From: Paraspadella gotoi
Taxonomy: Eukaryota > Animalia > Chaetognatha
DNA: 64,000 nt
Direction: 5' to 3'
Assembly (NCBI GenBank): GCA_051294375.1
Contig: CM119269.1
Coordinates: forward strand, 13,114,790 to 13,178,789
Part shown: piece after piece, positions 13,248 through 28,101 of the stretch
How positions within the stretch are numbered: the first letter of the stretch is position 1
Layout: each line of letters starts with the position of its first letter
Position numbers and translations under genes: made by a program
The notes under the pieces: model-generated
Told to the model about the DNA's origin: nothing
The model's input: the letters and a program-made list of their open reading frames with translations, nothing else
Database searches by the model: none

Positions 13248-14772
13248 TGGGACGATGAAGAGTTCACATTCACGAAAGCGATAAACTGAGTTCCTCGAAT
13301 CGCATCACATCCGATCCGCTATTGTCTTCGAGGCGACGGGAATTAGATAAAGAATACCAAGGCGTGAAGAAACCACTAAATACAAGAAACAAATAGACCC
13401 TCGCTGACGCGCGACATTAAGCACCTTAAACGGAAATTACAAACACGTCCGACAATAAGAAAGGCCTCTCTGGGATCTAGACCGCCCAACCAAGGAATCG
13501 GAATCGAACGCGTTTCGGAAGCCAGGGAAGACGTTGGAGGCATTACAGTTTACGAATCATTAATGAAGAACGCGACGAAAAGAAGTTGGAGATTAACCCA
13601 CGCACTCGTGGCGGAATCCAGCCCTGCTTCCACGGAACTTGCGAGCTTTTCCAAATCGACTGTTTATGTCGAAGAAGGAAGAGAAGAAGCGACATCTGTT
13701 GACGTCACCCTCGCACGAAACTCGCCGACTCCTTCGTCCAAATAAATTAACATTTCCCTTTTTTTGGCGAATAATAAATGTTAAGGGTTTAATAAAACCA
13801 ATTAGCTTAGGGACTAAATCTGTTTGATTGGGAGTCGATCCAAGACCGGAGCACTAGAAGGCAAAGCGGTATGGGGTTTGCCTTGCCCTGCCATGGGCAA
13901 TGGGCAGGGAAGGTGGCGAAGCTGTTGATTGGTTTTGCTCTTTTGTTCCATCAACACGACACGAGAAACGCGTTATAAATGAAATTAGCATCATTAACGT
14001 TTGCTTGCAATACTTCGCAATTGCCAATGGTCATCATCCATCTATGCTTCTAATCTCATTTCATTTATCTTTTTACGATTCTTTAATGAAATATACGAGA
14101 CGTTCTCTTATATTGCATGAAATCTCATTACCAGGTAACTGTATTTATTGAGGGGTTGAGGAGTTTCCTCAAATATTTTTCGAAAATTCTTGGGGGCGTT
14201 TTAGGACGGACCGGCGGGTCCTAACAGACTTCCTTTAAAATCATTTTAATCTCATCAGTACACTGATTTAAACCATTCGTAAGCAAACATATGACAATTG
14301 AGATAAATGAATGCTAGTAGTAGTAATGCATCCAATGAGTGATCTATAACATTCACTAATCAGCGCTATGAGAGAAAACACTAAAAAAATTTTCTGCAGA
14401 AAAAAAAATATCAGAGGTAAAAGTTGGGCAACGTAACCGCCAACGACAGGATTTTTAAATTCAAATTAAATACTAAAAATTTACAAATTTTAAAATAATA
14501 ACGTTAAATACTGCTAAAATTAAAAACAACCTTGACAGCAAGGCTTAACAGAAATCCGACATTGCCATTGGCTTAATTATTGCTTTTCGGCATGGTCAGA
14601 CATGAAAACTAATTTAAATAGGCACGGGAATATAAAAAGAAGGGTAACAATTGATTTGATTTAATTAATTTAATTTAACGTATTTTTTTCTGGAAAGAAT
14701 AGAAAAGGAATTTCGAATGTTCATTTGTTTTCCATTTTTATTAAATTCGTCGATGTTTACGTCTTCATCTCC

Positions 14773-14785
14773 GTCACCTAGCAAC
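14773..14785. promoter_or_regulatory. RFX X-box
   Basis: GTCACCTAGCAAC fits GTNRCC-N-RGYAAC and lies about 80 bp upstream of the PDHA ATG. Confidence 0.5.
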
Positions 14786-14866
14786 GCATAAATATCAATA
14801 TCATTAAATCTCTTAATTTGAATTTTAATAAAATTTCATTGTCGGATCCTCTTTAATTCTCTCGAA

Positions 14867-16084
14867 ATGTTCAAAGCTTGGACGCGTCACGTTTTCCGCG
14901 TTTCGACGGCGGATGCCGTTCCACCCTCGGATGTATTTCGACGGTTCGCCTCGAGCGAAGCCAAGATGCAGACCAAACCCTGCAAATACCACAAGATGGA
15001 CGAAAGGGTTCCCGATTCCGGCGTCGTGACCAGGGAAGAAGGGCTGCACATTTACCGGCAGATGGCCTTAATTCGACGGTTGGAGACGTCGGCGGGGAAT
15101 CTGTACAAAGAAAAGGTTGTCCGGGGATTTTGTCACCTGTATTCGGGTCAAGAAGCCATTGCGGTCGGGATGAAGGCGGCCATGATTGAAGGGGACTCCG
15201 TCATCACGTCCTATCGGGCACACGGTTGGACCTACATCTTGGGAGTTCCGGTCGTTGGGGTTTTGGCGGAACTGACCGGTCGGCAGAAAGGATGCTCCCT
15301 CGGCAAGGGAGGTTCGATGCACATGTATACGAAAAATTTTTACGGAGGTAACGGCATCGTCGGCGCCCAAATTCCCCTCGGGGCCGGAATCGGATTCGCG
15401 AATAAATATCTCGGTAACAAGAAAGTCAACATCTCGCTTATGGGAGACGGAGCATCTAATCAGGGTCAAGTATACGAAGCCTACAACATGGCAAAGTTAT
15501 GGAACATACCATCGATCTTTGTAGTGGAGAATAACGGTTACGGGATGGGAACAGCTGTCGAACGGGCCTCCGCCTCTACCGACTATTATACTAGAGGCGA
15601 CTACGTCCCAGGCATATGGGTCGACGGAATGGACTACGTAACGGTTAGAGAATCCACGAAGCTCGCCCTTGCGCTATGTCGCGAGGGCAAAGGGCCCATT
15701 TGCATGGAAATGGTGACTTACAGATACAGCGGTCATTCCATGAGCGACCCGGGGACAAGCTATCGGACTAGGGAAGAAGTGCAGGAAGTTCGGCAAACCA
15801 GGGATCCAATTACCAGTCTTAAAGACAGCCTCGTAGAAGCGGGCCTGGTCGACGCCAAAGAATTGAAGAAGATTGACCAGGAAGTTCGGAAGGAGGTTGA
15901 CGAGGCTGTACAGATTGCGAGAACGGACGCGGAACTGCCTCTTGATGATTTGTACACTCACATTCTTTACAAGCCCCAAGAGGAACATTTGGTCCGCACT
16001 TGCGAACCTTACGGTTTTGTGCGACCACGACTTGACGGGCTCGTAGCCGATCACGAGACTGGCGGATCAAAAATGTTAGGCTAA
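14867..16084 (+). CDS. PDHA1: Pyruvate dehydrogenase E1 alpha subunit, single coding exon, 405 aa
   Basis: RGFCHLYSGQEA, GKGGSMHMY, GGNGIVGAQIPLGAG, TPP motif GDGASNQGQ...ENN, phosphorylation loop RYSGHSMSDPGTSYR and an Arg-rich N-terminal presequence. Confidence 0.97.
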   Translation: MFKAWTRHVFRVSTADAVPPSDVFRRFASSEAKMQTKPCKYHKMDERVPDSGVVTREEGLHIYRQMALIRRLETSAGNLYKEKVVRGFCHLYSGQEAIAVGMKAAMIEGDSVITSYRAHGWTYILGVPVVGVLAELTGRQKGCSLGKGGSMHMYTKNFYGGNGIVGAQIPLGAGIGFANKYLGNKKVNISLMGDGASNQGQVYEAYNMAKLWNIPSIFVVENNGYGMGTAVERASASTDYYTRGDYVPGIWVDGMDYVTVRESTKLALALCREGKGPICMEMVTYRYSGHSMSDPGTSYRTREEVQEVRQTRDPITSLKDSLVEAGLVDAKELKKIDQEVRKEVDEAVQIARTDAELPLDDLYTHILYKPQEEHLVRTCEPYGFVRPRLDGLVADHETGGSKMLG

Positions 16085-16902
16085 TTTGTAGAAAAGAGTA
16101 TTTAATAGTTTAGCTAATTTATCAAGCATATTTTATATACTGGCTCTTATATTGCCAATGTTTTAAACTGTTGCGAACAAAAAACAAAGCTAGTGTTTTC
16201 TTGAGTGGAACTATTGTTATCTGAGTACTAATGTTACGTTTTCATAAACGTAGCGCTAAACTATTTTTTTTCTCGTCTTTTTGTAGTAAAAGTGAGAGAT
16301 GTAAAGGAGATATGAAAAAACATCGGATGTGACCATCAACTTGCCTTGAGGTAGAAGGGACGCGCGAATCGGGCTCGGCAATCCACCACCACCTCCCCCC
16401 CAAAGACGAAGTCGGTGTCCAAAGATCCTGCCATGCCGAGTCCCCGCCACCCGAACCAGTCACCCTCCAACTCGTCCAAAGCCAAAGTAACTGTCGACTC
16501 CTCCGAGCGACGCTTCCCGCGAAGAGACCCCGCCGCCAACCACCAAGCTTCGAATTCGAGCTTGGTGAGTATTATATAATATAATTATATATTCTTTTAC
16601 AATTTACATTCGAGCGAAATGTTAATACTAAGCAAATTCTGATTTCAATATCTCAAAGAAAAAAAAATGTGGATCTAATTTATCATAACCAATCGAGGCA
16701 TCTCAAGATGTTTATTCAAAAAAACTTTGATCTTTTTCACTCGATATTCAACAAGTTGTTCCTCCCGTCTCCTAGCATTTCGAGGGATCGAACTTTAACT
16801 TAAACCAGCTTAAAAAATTACGATAAAGGTTCAGCTTCCTAATTTTGGTTTTCTTTCAAAATTAGTAACTAATTCTTAACAATTAGACCCAGGAAACGAA
16901 CA

Positions 16903-18755
<1,853 letters not shown>

Positions 18756-19061
18756 GGATTAGCTAAAACGGATTTTAAACTCGCGCGCGATGAGATATAG
18801 TAAGCTAAACAAGCTGAACGAAGCTTTGTCTGCGTAAGCCTAAGATACGAATATAAAATTACTGTTACTCTAAATCATACCTTTTCTTTCTGTAAAATCT
18901 TTATAATTTATACATTTTGCGATTATTTAAATTTATTAAAAGTTATTATTCAGTCTTCATTTAGTGAAACTTTCTATTCTAGTATTTAGTATTTAAAACT
19001 GTTGAAACGATTAAATTAACCATATTATTGTATCCATTGATTTTTTCCATAAAATGTTCGT

Positions 19062-19859
19062 AGTATCCCACAGCCTGTTTAGTTTTTTCTCTTTTTTTTT
19101 ATCCATGCATCTGAAGGAGCACGATAGAAACAGAACATTGCCGAACCTCAAGAGTATTTATCCTTCAAATTTCTTGAAACCATATGAATGTTCCAACTTT
19201 TAGCACTTTTCTGAAATAAACCAATATTTCATGCCTTTGGCTACCAAAGTGATCCCCCTCCCATAGTGTATTTCCTTCGTATTTTTGATCGACTTGTTTT
19301 CGACGTTATAAATTGTTTTTAACATGCGGGCGAAACTATCAAAGTACATCCAGTAAAATTTTGCGGTATGTTTATCCTTTGCACGTCTCTTTAGCAACCT
19401 TAGTTCGTGCTAAGCTCAGACATAATCATATATTATAATTATGAAATTACGGTTTAAACACAATAAACTAATATGAAAGCAAACCATCTACTTCATACGT
19501 TCTAAGACTAAAAACTAAACGTTAGAAGATATATACAATCATAGGCAATAAATAAAGCACTAATCACTGGCTAGTGCTAAGTTCCAAAAATGTTCTTCGG
19601 ATGCCCAAATCCTGCATAAAAAGCTTGTAGTATAAGATATTAGTGATTATTAGTATTATATATAATCTACATAATATACATTGAACAACCACAGATTAAA
19701 CAGAATTTTATACTTTTCCGTTTCTTAGAGCGGCTTTTCAAATTTGAAACACCAAATCTTCTTCAAAATAAATTATCTTTTCTAATATTTAATTTTTACA
19801 TTTTAATAATATATCTAAAGTTAATAAATTTAAAAAATATGTATTTGCTGTGGGATACT
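19062..19859. mobile_element. Possible ~800-bp TIR element remnant
   Basis: 13-bp perfect inverted repeat AGTATCCCACAGC / GCTGTGGGATACT around AT-rich DNA; no recognisable transposase. Confidence 0.4.
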
Positions 19860-21629
19860 TGTTAAGTTATGCCCATTTCCTTGGAGTGCTATTTGCGATT
19901 ATTTACGCAGCACCGACAGTTTTTTTATAATCTTTAAACTGTCATTAGTTTCAATCCCAACTAAAGTTTTCAAGTTAAACTGGTAAATAATAACCTTGGT
20001 GGTAAATAACCATTAAACATCTTCATCTCTATTGCCGTGTATTCACATTTGCGAAATCTAATCGAAAACAGAGCATGTGGGAAAACTACTGTACAGCCGT
20101 AGCTTTAGTTAGATTAATTTCCAACTATATTTTACTACCTCTGGTTTAGAAATCACAAATTAAAAAATATAGAGCTTATTAACTTTTTTCGTTAATTATT
20201 GCCAACGCCTCATCAAAAGTTTTTATCGGAAAATCCTTGTTTTTCCTCAATGAGGATTTGATTGGTAGGTTTACTATTATGTCATTCACTAGTCATAATT
20301 TGTGATAGTTGTGTTAATTACAACTCTATTTCTACAACTTACTGAAAAACACGTTCAACCTGTGACTATTCCATGACTGTTTTTAAGCAGACATGGTGCG
20401 TTAACTTCTGTTTACATTTGTTGTTTCTTTTTACACCAAGATTGCTAGTATGATCGTTTGGTACCACAATATCATATTCATATCACCGTCCAAACTAATG
20501 ATTCAATTGTTGACTAAAAAAATATTTTCTCTTTAAAGTTTAAGATTTTAATAGCAATACAATATGCGTCATACACCAAAAACAGTGCCAAGTTCCTAGG
20601 AAGGAATAGTCAAAATAATTTGGGGTAAAAAGTCAAAATATTTTTATAATCTAGTATTTAACTTTAGTTCTTAGATATTTTATCAAAATATGGCTTTATG
20701 AATATTGCTAAATCTTAAAAAAATTTAAACGAAAACGAATAAATAAAAAAAAAAAATTTTGATTCTTACATGGCAAATATGTTGATAAATTTTAACATTT
20801 CATTATTGCTAAAATTTGATATGATATTTGAATGAATTCTAACTATAAAAAAATATTATTATAATCGTTTTTAATACCCGTTTACAGCTGGTTATAGCTT
20901 TAACACGTTAAGATTATAATGCAATCATTGCGGGTACCTAGTAGTATATTCTTTATTAAAATAATAAATTATAAGATAGTTGCAATTTTGTTTTTTTTTA
21001 TTTATTCTTCTTACAATTGATTGGCATTTGAAAAGTAGTTTTTCTTAAATATTTTCCCGTTTTGATTCGTTTATATTACCCAAAGCCTATTACTTGTCAT
21101 TGTCACAGAATTTAACCAACGATCTTTAGAAACTGATCCAAATATGGAAAATCTTATGGTCCTAAATCATGTTAATTGCCTAAACTAATGTAAGCTCTTT
21201 CCTTGGACGATTTGCCATTTCGGGATTCCTTGTCATTGCTTGTTTTTTTACTTTGTTCATAAAATTTATGGAGAAACAGCAGAACAGGAGTTTCCATGAA
21301 TTCATAAAGCATTCGGGAACCCTTATATAATGTTTTAATGTTTCTCGAAACATTAATTGCAAAATTCAGAGATAATTGAAAAAAATTAAGGGTTGAATAT
21401 AATAGTTAAATAAACAAAAGTTATTGAGCAAAAAATGGCTCTAGTCTAGAAGTACAGAACCTAATTTTCAATTTTTACCGAAAAATGAAAATGGAAACCG
21501 AATTTATTAAATGACAAACGTTAACTAAAACTCTTCAATTTCGTTTTCCTACGTTCCCTTCCGTTCCAGTGAATCAAACTTGCATCCTAGATTTCATAAT
21601 TCCTAAACAATTATAAAGACACGTTAATT

Positions 21630-24600
21630 ATGGTTGTGATAGAAGAAGTGCAGGAGGATTTTGACGAGCCGTTAATTGAGAAACCGTCTTCTGTCTTCAA
21701 TGGCGTAACAGGCCTTAAATATTATGAAAGGCACTACGGATCCAGTGACCTTAGAAAAGGTAACTAACTGTGCACATGGCCATTTGAATTTTTTATAAAT
21801 TACGGTACGCATTAACAAACATTCCGATTCAGAAACGATACCGAGCGGACCATACCGTTCTCCCTTCGTCAAATGGGCACAAGATGGCGATTTTATATTT
21901 TTGAAAATCGACGTTCAAGACGCTGTCTCTCCCGCGGTGTGCATTCTCACTACAACAATAGTAACCCGTATTGGCAGTATCTCAATTTTCAAGTAACACA
22001 GGTCACCATCGAAAAAAAACGACTGGAATTAATCACGGAGGCGAAGGGCGCCAGCGGTGTCAACGTTTACAAGACGGAACTGCGCCTTTTAAACGACGTG
22101 GATGAAAAGGTAGCAAGAAGGCGGGACTTGGCTCGAGTATCTTCATTTGCGGAAGTTCGACCACTCCGTTTTTAAACGAAGCAGAGTTCGTCTCCCCCCC
22201 CCCCTCAGGAATCTTCGTTTGTCACGCTTCCGAACCAAATCGACTTAAAACTGCAAAAGACGAAGCGTCCCTCGTGGTGGCCTCGCGTCCAGGCCGAGGA
22301 AAAGAAAATGCCCTGGCTCTCCATTGACTTCAATCGATGGAAGAATGAGGACGACGACGACGATGACGAGGAGGACGACGAGATGGCGGCGTTCAAAAGG
22401 AAAGGAGCCCAGGCGAGTGCTGTGACGTTCTTTGCCGCAATAGAAAAAAAGCTTGAATTCGAGGCCGATCAAACTATCAAGATAATATGGCAACGGCGGG
22501 ACATGTGTGTTGCCTGGGGTTTGAGGATTCGTCTCAATAACCCTTTTGCTCATCTCACGCTCTAGGAATTGGCCTCCGACATGCAGGAAAGATCACGATT
22601 ACAAAAAGAATTGGAAGAGTTGGAGCGAAAGTCGGCGATACCACGGAAGAACCTATATCTTTTCTTTTACAATCTAGTCATGTGCATCGGGTTCTCGTTC
22701 GTCTTTTGGAACCTTGCCTATCGTCTATTTCGCTACGGACCAGGTTGGTAGTTGGAAAACATCAAAACAAAAACGCAATTATTATAACTATGTAAAATTA
22801 ATGAGACTTCGTGGAGCATGATTGGCATTTTCGGACTATAAAAGTCGTGTCAGCGAGCTAATCTCAGTTCAACTGCTCAGATTCTTTTTTCGATTTAACC
22901 TTTGACTTGCGTTTAATATTTTTCGATGCTGAACTTTGATGAGGGGCCGAAGAACAAGGAAACATTTCCAAAGTATCGCCTTATTTGAAGGAATGGGGGT
23001 GATGAACGTTAGGAGTCTTTAATTCTGAATAACAAAATGAGAAATGCCTGGCGTAATCGTGGAGCGTTCCTCCAGCACGTCGGCACGTTTGGACGATCTC
23101 GACGAAATGCTCGTCGTGATTCCACTCTTGCCAATTCTATCGTTGTCGACCGACGGAGAGTGTGCGGACATCGCGTAATCGGAGACCGACATCGATTGTG
23201 ACCTTCGGAAGAGGGTCGTAAGACGTTTATTACTGTGGCTCTTTAACCTTCGAGAAAGAAAAAAGGTATCGCCGTGGAAGAGAAACGACTACAGCGTAGA
23301 CCTTGTTAAACCTGACGTAACCGCTGTTTTCGCCATGCAAAAGGCGATTAACGCTGAGCTGGTGATGCAGAGCGACGGCTTCCACTTCGTCCCAAATTTT
23401 TTGAAGCTGTTGGAGCGACGGGACCCAAAGGAAACCGAATGGAGAGTGTTAACCGGGGAGAGAGTTGAGTCAAGGGGTATGTGCTCACGTTGACTTGTGA
23501 CTTGGCGTCCTCGTTCATCTCGATAATATTCCTGCGTTCTGTCAGTATGTTGGACTGTTGTCGGCTTTCCCTCAAGTGATCGCGCAGAATGAGAAAGGCG
23601 GCTCTGAAGTAAGGCTTAGGTTAATGCGGAGCTCTTTAACGAACACCCTGAAAATGCGCTGACGTGATTAATCCGATAAGGATGATGGCGATAGTCACGG
23701 AATAGACAGCGGTAAGGACGAGATGGACGCTGAAGCCGCAAGTGGCAACGCGCTGAGCCTCAACGGGACATTCTGACGAGGCGGCAATAGTTGACCAAAA
23801 CACCGACGTCGCATCATTTTTATCTCAAATTACTCACCGGTCCAGGCGGGTCCTAGAAATCCCGTAGCTTTGAAAGGTTGGCAAAGCGAATTTTCCTGAC
23901 AGTAATAACATCTGAAAAAGAGGAATAGGTCTATACAAAAAAATCTTGAGATCCATTAACATCTTTAACTTGACAATGGCTATTGGTGGCAAACAAAAAA
24001 CCTGGACCACAAGTCGGCGTCCATACACTTTTGACAATCCCCATGCCCCTAGAAACGAAATGTCATACAACGATCCGTCAATTTATCAAATCAATTTTAA
24101 AACTTACCTTGACGCAAATCTCGTAAATGCCCAAATCTGCTTTATCCGAAGCGTTTGTAGTCATGTCGTCAGTTTTCGTTTTACCAGACGCTTACGCGGG
24201 ATCGGCGAGCGGAATCGGCAAGTACGTGGCCGTCTTGCAGATAATGGCGTTGGCCGAAATCATCCACCCTATGATAGGGCTCGTTAAGACTGGGGTCACG
24301 CAGGTAAAAGAAATTTTAAACCGTTTACGAGAGTCCAATTTCGCTTCGCTAACATTTTAATCAGAAGTTTTTTCTAAATAAATCATTTCAGACTGCGCTT
24401 CAACAGTTGGGAAGAAACTTTGTCCTCTTTTTCGTCATCTTTTCTCACGAGGGACTCGAAGACCTTTCCCACGTCTTCTGGTTATTTTTGGCCTGGAGTA
24501 GCGTCGAAATTGTCCGGTACCAAAATAAAAAAAATTGCGCACGAGGCTGATAATATTTTTAACTATTTTTTTACATCGACCTAATTTTGATATTTTCAGG

Positions 24601-25096
24601 TATCCGTATTACATGCAAAAGCAGATTGAAGTCAAGAATTTCAGCACCAAATACGTCACCTGGTTCCGTTATTCAGTTTGGATTATTTTGTATCCGGCGG
24701 GAATGTGCTTAGAAGGTTTGTATTGTATATTGTAGTAAGATAATCGTTTCTTATGTTTCTTGTTTCATTAATTCATTTATCAGTTGGAGTAATCAGTGCG
24801 GCTATTCCTCTTTTCGAAATGAGCGGAAAATACTCCTTCTCTTTACCTAACGCGTGGAATTTGTCCTTTGATTACGCCACCTTTCTCAAAATCTACCTTC
24901 TCTTATATCCAGGTAAAATTTCGAAACGAATTTTATAACGTTAATTCTTTCTCGATTGACAATTTCCCCTTCCCTCCGTTAAGTTGTCGGGATTTACATG
25001 TTGAAGCACATGTGGGAACAAAGGAAAAAGAACCTCGGAGTTAAGATTCCTAAATCTAAGAAGTCAGTCACTTCCTCCAAAAGAAAGTCCGCCTAG
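21630..25096 (+). CDS. HACD3: Very-long-chain 3-hydroxyacyl-CoA dehydratase 3 (CS/p23 domain plus PTPLA domain), multi-exon
   Basis: SPFVKWAQDGDFIFLKIDV (CS domain), WWPRV...WLSIDFNRWKNED, YLFFYNL, LAEIIHPMIGLV, WSSVEIVR-YPYY, WFRYSVWIILYPAGMCLEG (catalytic Tyr/Glu) and a C-terminal KRKSA (KxKxx ER retrieval). Confidence 0.9.
22864..24164 (-). CDS. PTTG1IP-like single-pass membrane protein with a PSI-type Cys domain, nested antisense in a HACD3 intron
   Basis: About eight phase-compatible exons give MTTNASDKADLGIYEICVK-GHGDCQKCMDADLWSR-CYYCQENSLCQPFKATGFLGPAWTE-CPVEAQRVATCGFSVHLVLTAVYSVTIAIILIGLIT-AAFLILRDHLRESRQ...ENSGYVR-L..., the same Cys spacing, TM segment and YxxPhi motif pattern as PTTG1IP. 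Confidence 0.72.
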
Positions 25097-26284
25097 TCCT
25101 AAATTTTCATTTTGTTTTGATCTCAAATTATGCCAGTCTCTCTTTTAGTTTACTCCTTATATTAGTATACCGACTGCGATAACGAGTTAGTGAAAAGGAC
25201 ATTTTCGCCCCGTAGATTATTGCAGGGTATTATATCTGGTTATTAATAAAATTGTTAAAAATTAGCGGGATCCTAGTTTGTCGAGAATTTTTTTTTTTTT
25301 CACCAATGTAGTAGACGTAACTTAAGTGTTATAAAATAATAGAAATGTGAAAGTTTGTAATATTGTAAACATTTTTTAGGGATTAAAATGATTCTAAAAA
25401 TAGTATAAGACGCAGATTTATTAGTTTACCTTATCAGTTGTCGCACAAAGTTTTGTAGTGATATTTTGCTGAAACTAACATGTTGGTTTACAACGAATTT
25501 GTTTTTGTTAACTTGATGAAATGTAATGTTAGACAAGTTAGAAACGCAGAATAATGAAAATATAGAAAGACAAGAGATGAAATACAATTACTGAATATGA
25601 GAAATTGATCGAGAAGTTTATAGACCGAAACATATTTGTAGTCATAGAAATTAAGTAGAACTCAGTTCTTATGGAAAAAAATGGCGAAACATCAACGATG
25701 AAGAAAAATAATTTAGGAATGGGAAAACCCAACCCGGGGTAGCCATGTAAGACCCAACGCAAGGAAAATATCAATCTCACTATATCATAATGATTGATAA
25801 ATAGCGATGTAACTATAATAATTGAGCAAGGCCATCTTTTTCTCGATGCTTATGGGTGTGATAAAAAGAGCTAAAAAAATTCATCTAAAAACAAAATGAA
25901 ATAACATCGTAAAAAAATCAGTCCGGTTATGCATACGTGGCATAACTTTATCGCGCTACGTCTCGTAAAAAATAAAGAATCGATTATTAACTCGTTTCCA
26001 CAAAATATTAATTAATTAATTAATAATAAAAAACGAAACCACTAAAAAAAACTAGGAATGATCATCGATCCGGACGGATAAGTTTTCACCTCGATGTAGA
26101 TAGAAAAGCCGAACAAAGATACGAAATGTGACGCAAACAAAATTATATAAAAAAAACCATGATTGGCAAGATTGGCTCACATAACTAGTGCATGATTAAC
26201 GCGAATTTTAAAAGAAGTAAAAATTGGAACTGGTGAAGTTAACGAACGACCGTAAAAAACGAATATAAATAGTAAAAAAGACGG

Positions 26285-27753
26285 TTAATAATCCTTGCAA
26301 CGCTGTTTCGCGTTCATACTGAAACGACCAGCGCTGGTTCGACCCGTGTTGAGATCCTTGATCGACGCGCCCGATTCGCCCGTCTTGTTAAGAGGGCAGT
26401 ACCGGTTGGTATGAGCTTTGTCGCCGCTGGCGAAACATCGCGGGCAGACGTAATTGCGTAGAATGTGACAGGCGATGCGGCCGTCCTCGCCCTTCAGATC
26501 GTGAGTGGACCAAACCTCCACGGGCTCTTTGTTATTGAAGCAGAAGTTACACTTTTTGCCGCCCACGCCTCTCGGAACCAACAAGACGTCGGTAATTCCA
26601 CGAGACGAGCCGCTCGGATCGGGGTACCCGCTTCCGTCACCTGTCACGTCGACCCCGACGGTTCGTGGGATAACGCGAAACGTGGACCATTCTTCGGCGA
26701 TGCCGATTCCGAGGCGTTGCGATGGGCGGATCATCTCTTGAACCACGACGCTGCGAGTAAAGAAGTCGTCTTCCTCTAAGCCTAAGAGGCTTCGACGTTG
26801 CTGCATTAATTTGGCGTCGATCTCGTCGAAAGGCACCACCCTTGAGGGATGAAAATGAAAAATCAAAATTTTTTTAAAGATTTCACCAAACTCTTCGTCT
26901 GAATATTAATTTACTGTTGACGTCCCACCTTCCATTCTTATCAAAGCTCCGAGCAATTGCCTCTTGCTCCGATCTTAACAACCATCTCTCAGTCCTCAGG
27001 GCGGATGGCCTGTCATACTTTTCCAGGCCACGGAGGAGCGTATTGCGAATCCTGGATGGACACGCACTGTCGAAGAATCGATCGCTCAGTCCCGAATCCA
27101 GACCCGGGAATTCGTCGTCCTCGCCCACTTCGAACTGTGTCGAGGTTTCAAACTCGCTCACTAGAGGCGTGGAGGTTCGAGACGGCCGAAAGCGCTCACC
27201 CTCTCTTGAAGCAAAAATATCACCAACGATTTGGGGGCCACCCGTGGAGATCGGGCAAGAAGCTCGCCGACCGGAGGACGGCACGCCGGGAAAGAGACGT
27301 CCTAACTCTTCCCAGTACGAGGCTTCTACGGAATTGCGAGTGACCAAAGCGAGAAGCCCATCCCCGCGGCCGGACTGGACAACCTCGTTGGGCAAGGATC
27401 GCACGGGAGTAAGAGAATTCGTCGACGAGGAGAGGTCTGAGAGCGGCGTGATCTCATAACTGGGCGACAAGGGTTTGGGATCAAAGACCGCTTGACCGCA
27501 CTGCCTACAAAATCGAGAAATTAAGGATCGGTATAATAAGCGAATTTAGGAGACCAAATATTAATTTTTAAAGCAATAATAAAACTTACTCGATGAAAAG
27601 TTCGATGGAGCCGGTCGTGCTGACCGAATAGCGATCCGGCGAGTGGGCATTTCGGACGATTTCCATAGGATATTCCACGTCCGACCCCGTGATCGGCTCC
27701 TCGAGCCCGTCCGCCGTTTTCCGGTAGCGGACGGCCGGCTTCAACGTACGCAT
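26285..27753 (-). CDS. nanos: Nanos, 3 coding exons, about 430 aa
   Basis: Tandem CCHC fingers CNFCFNNKEPVEVWSTHDLKGEDGRIACHILRNYVCPRCFASGDKAHTNRYCP. Exons 27753-27590, ~27505-26928 and ~26840-26285 join in frame. Confidence 0.92.
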
Positions 27754-28056
27754 CTTCAGAGGAAACTTCTTTGAAAGGACTTTTACATTATTGGAAGATC
27801 GAGCTTGGATTCAAGGGAGTTTCGGATTAATTCTGAATTATGATCGCTTGGATTGCTCTGTTAAAGAAATATAATTATTAAATATAAAAATAAAAAAATA
27901 ATTTTCTTTAATATTGCAATTTCAAAATTCAATAACTAAACGTGCTATTTTTATTAGCCGTAAAAATCGCGGAAAATGAATTGAAAAAGAAGCGAGAGGC
28001 AACGATTGAGGTACGGTTTGCGCAATAATTGAATCGGGGCAGTCCGTTTTCGTTCT

Positions 28057-28101
<45 letters not shown>

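Noticed and set aside
13247-14867. Head-to-head PP2C phosphatase and PDH E1 alpha as a regulatory pair
   Set aside because: The phosphatase is the cytosolic myristoylated PPM1A/B type, not mitochondrial PDP; the adjacency is probably coincidental.
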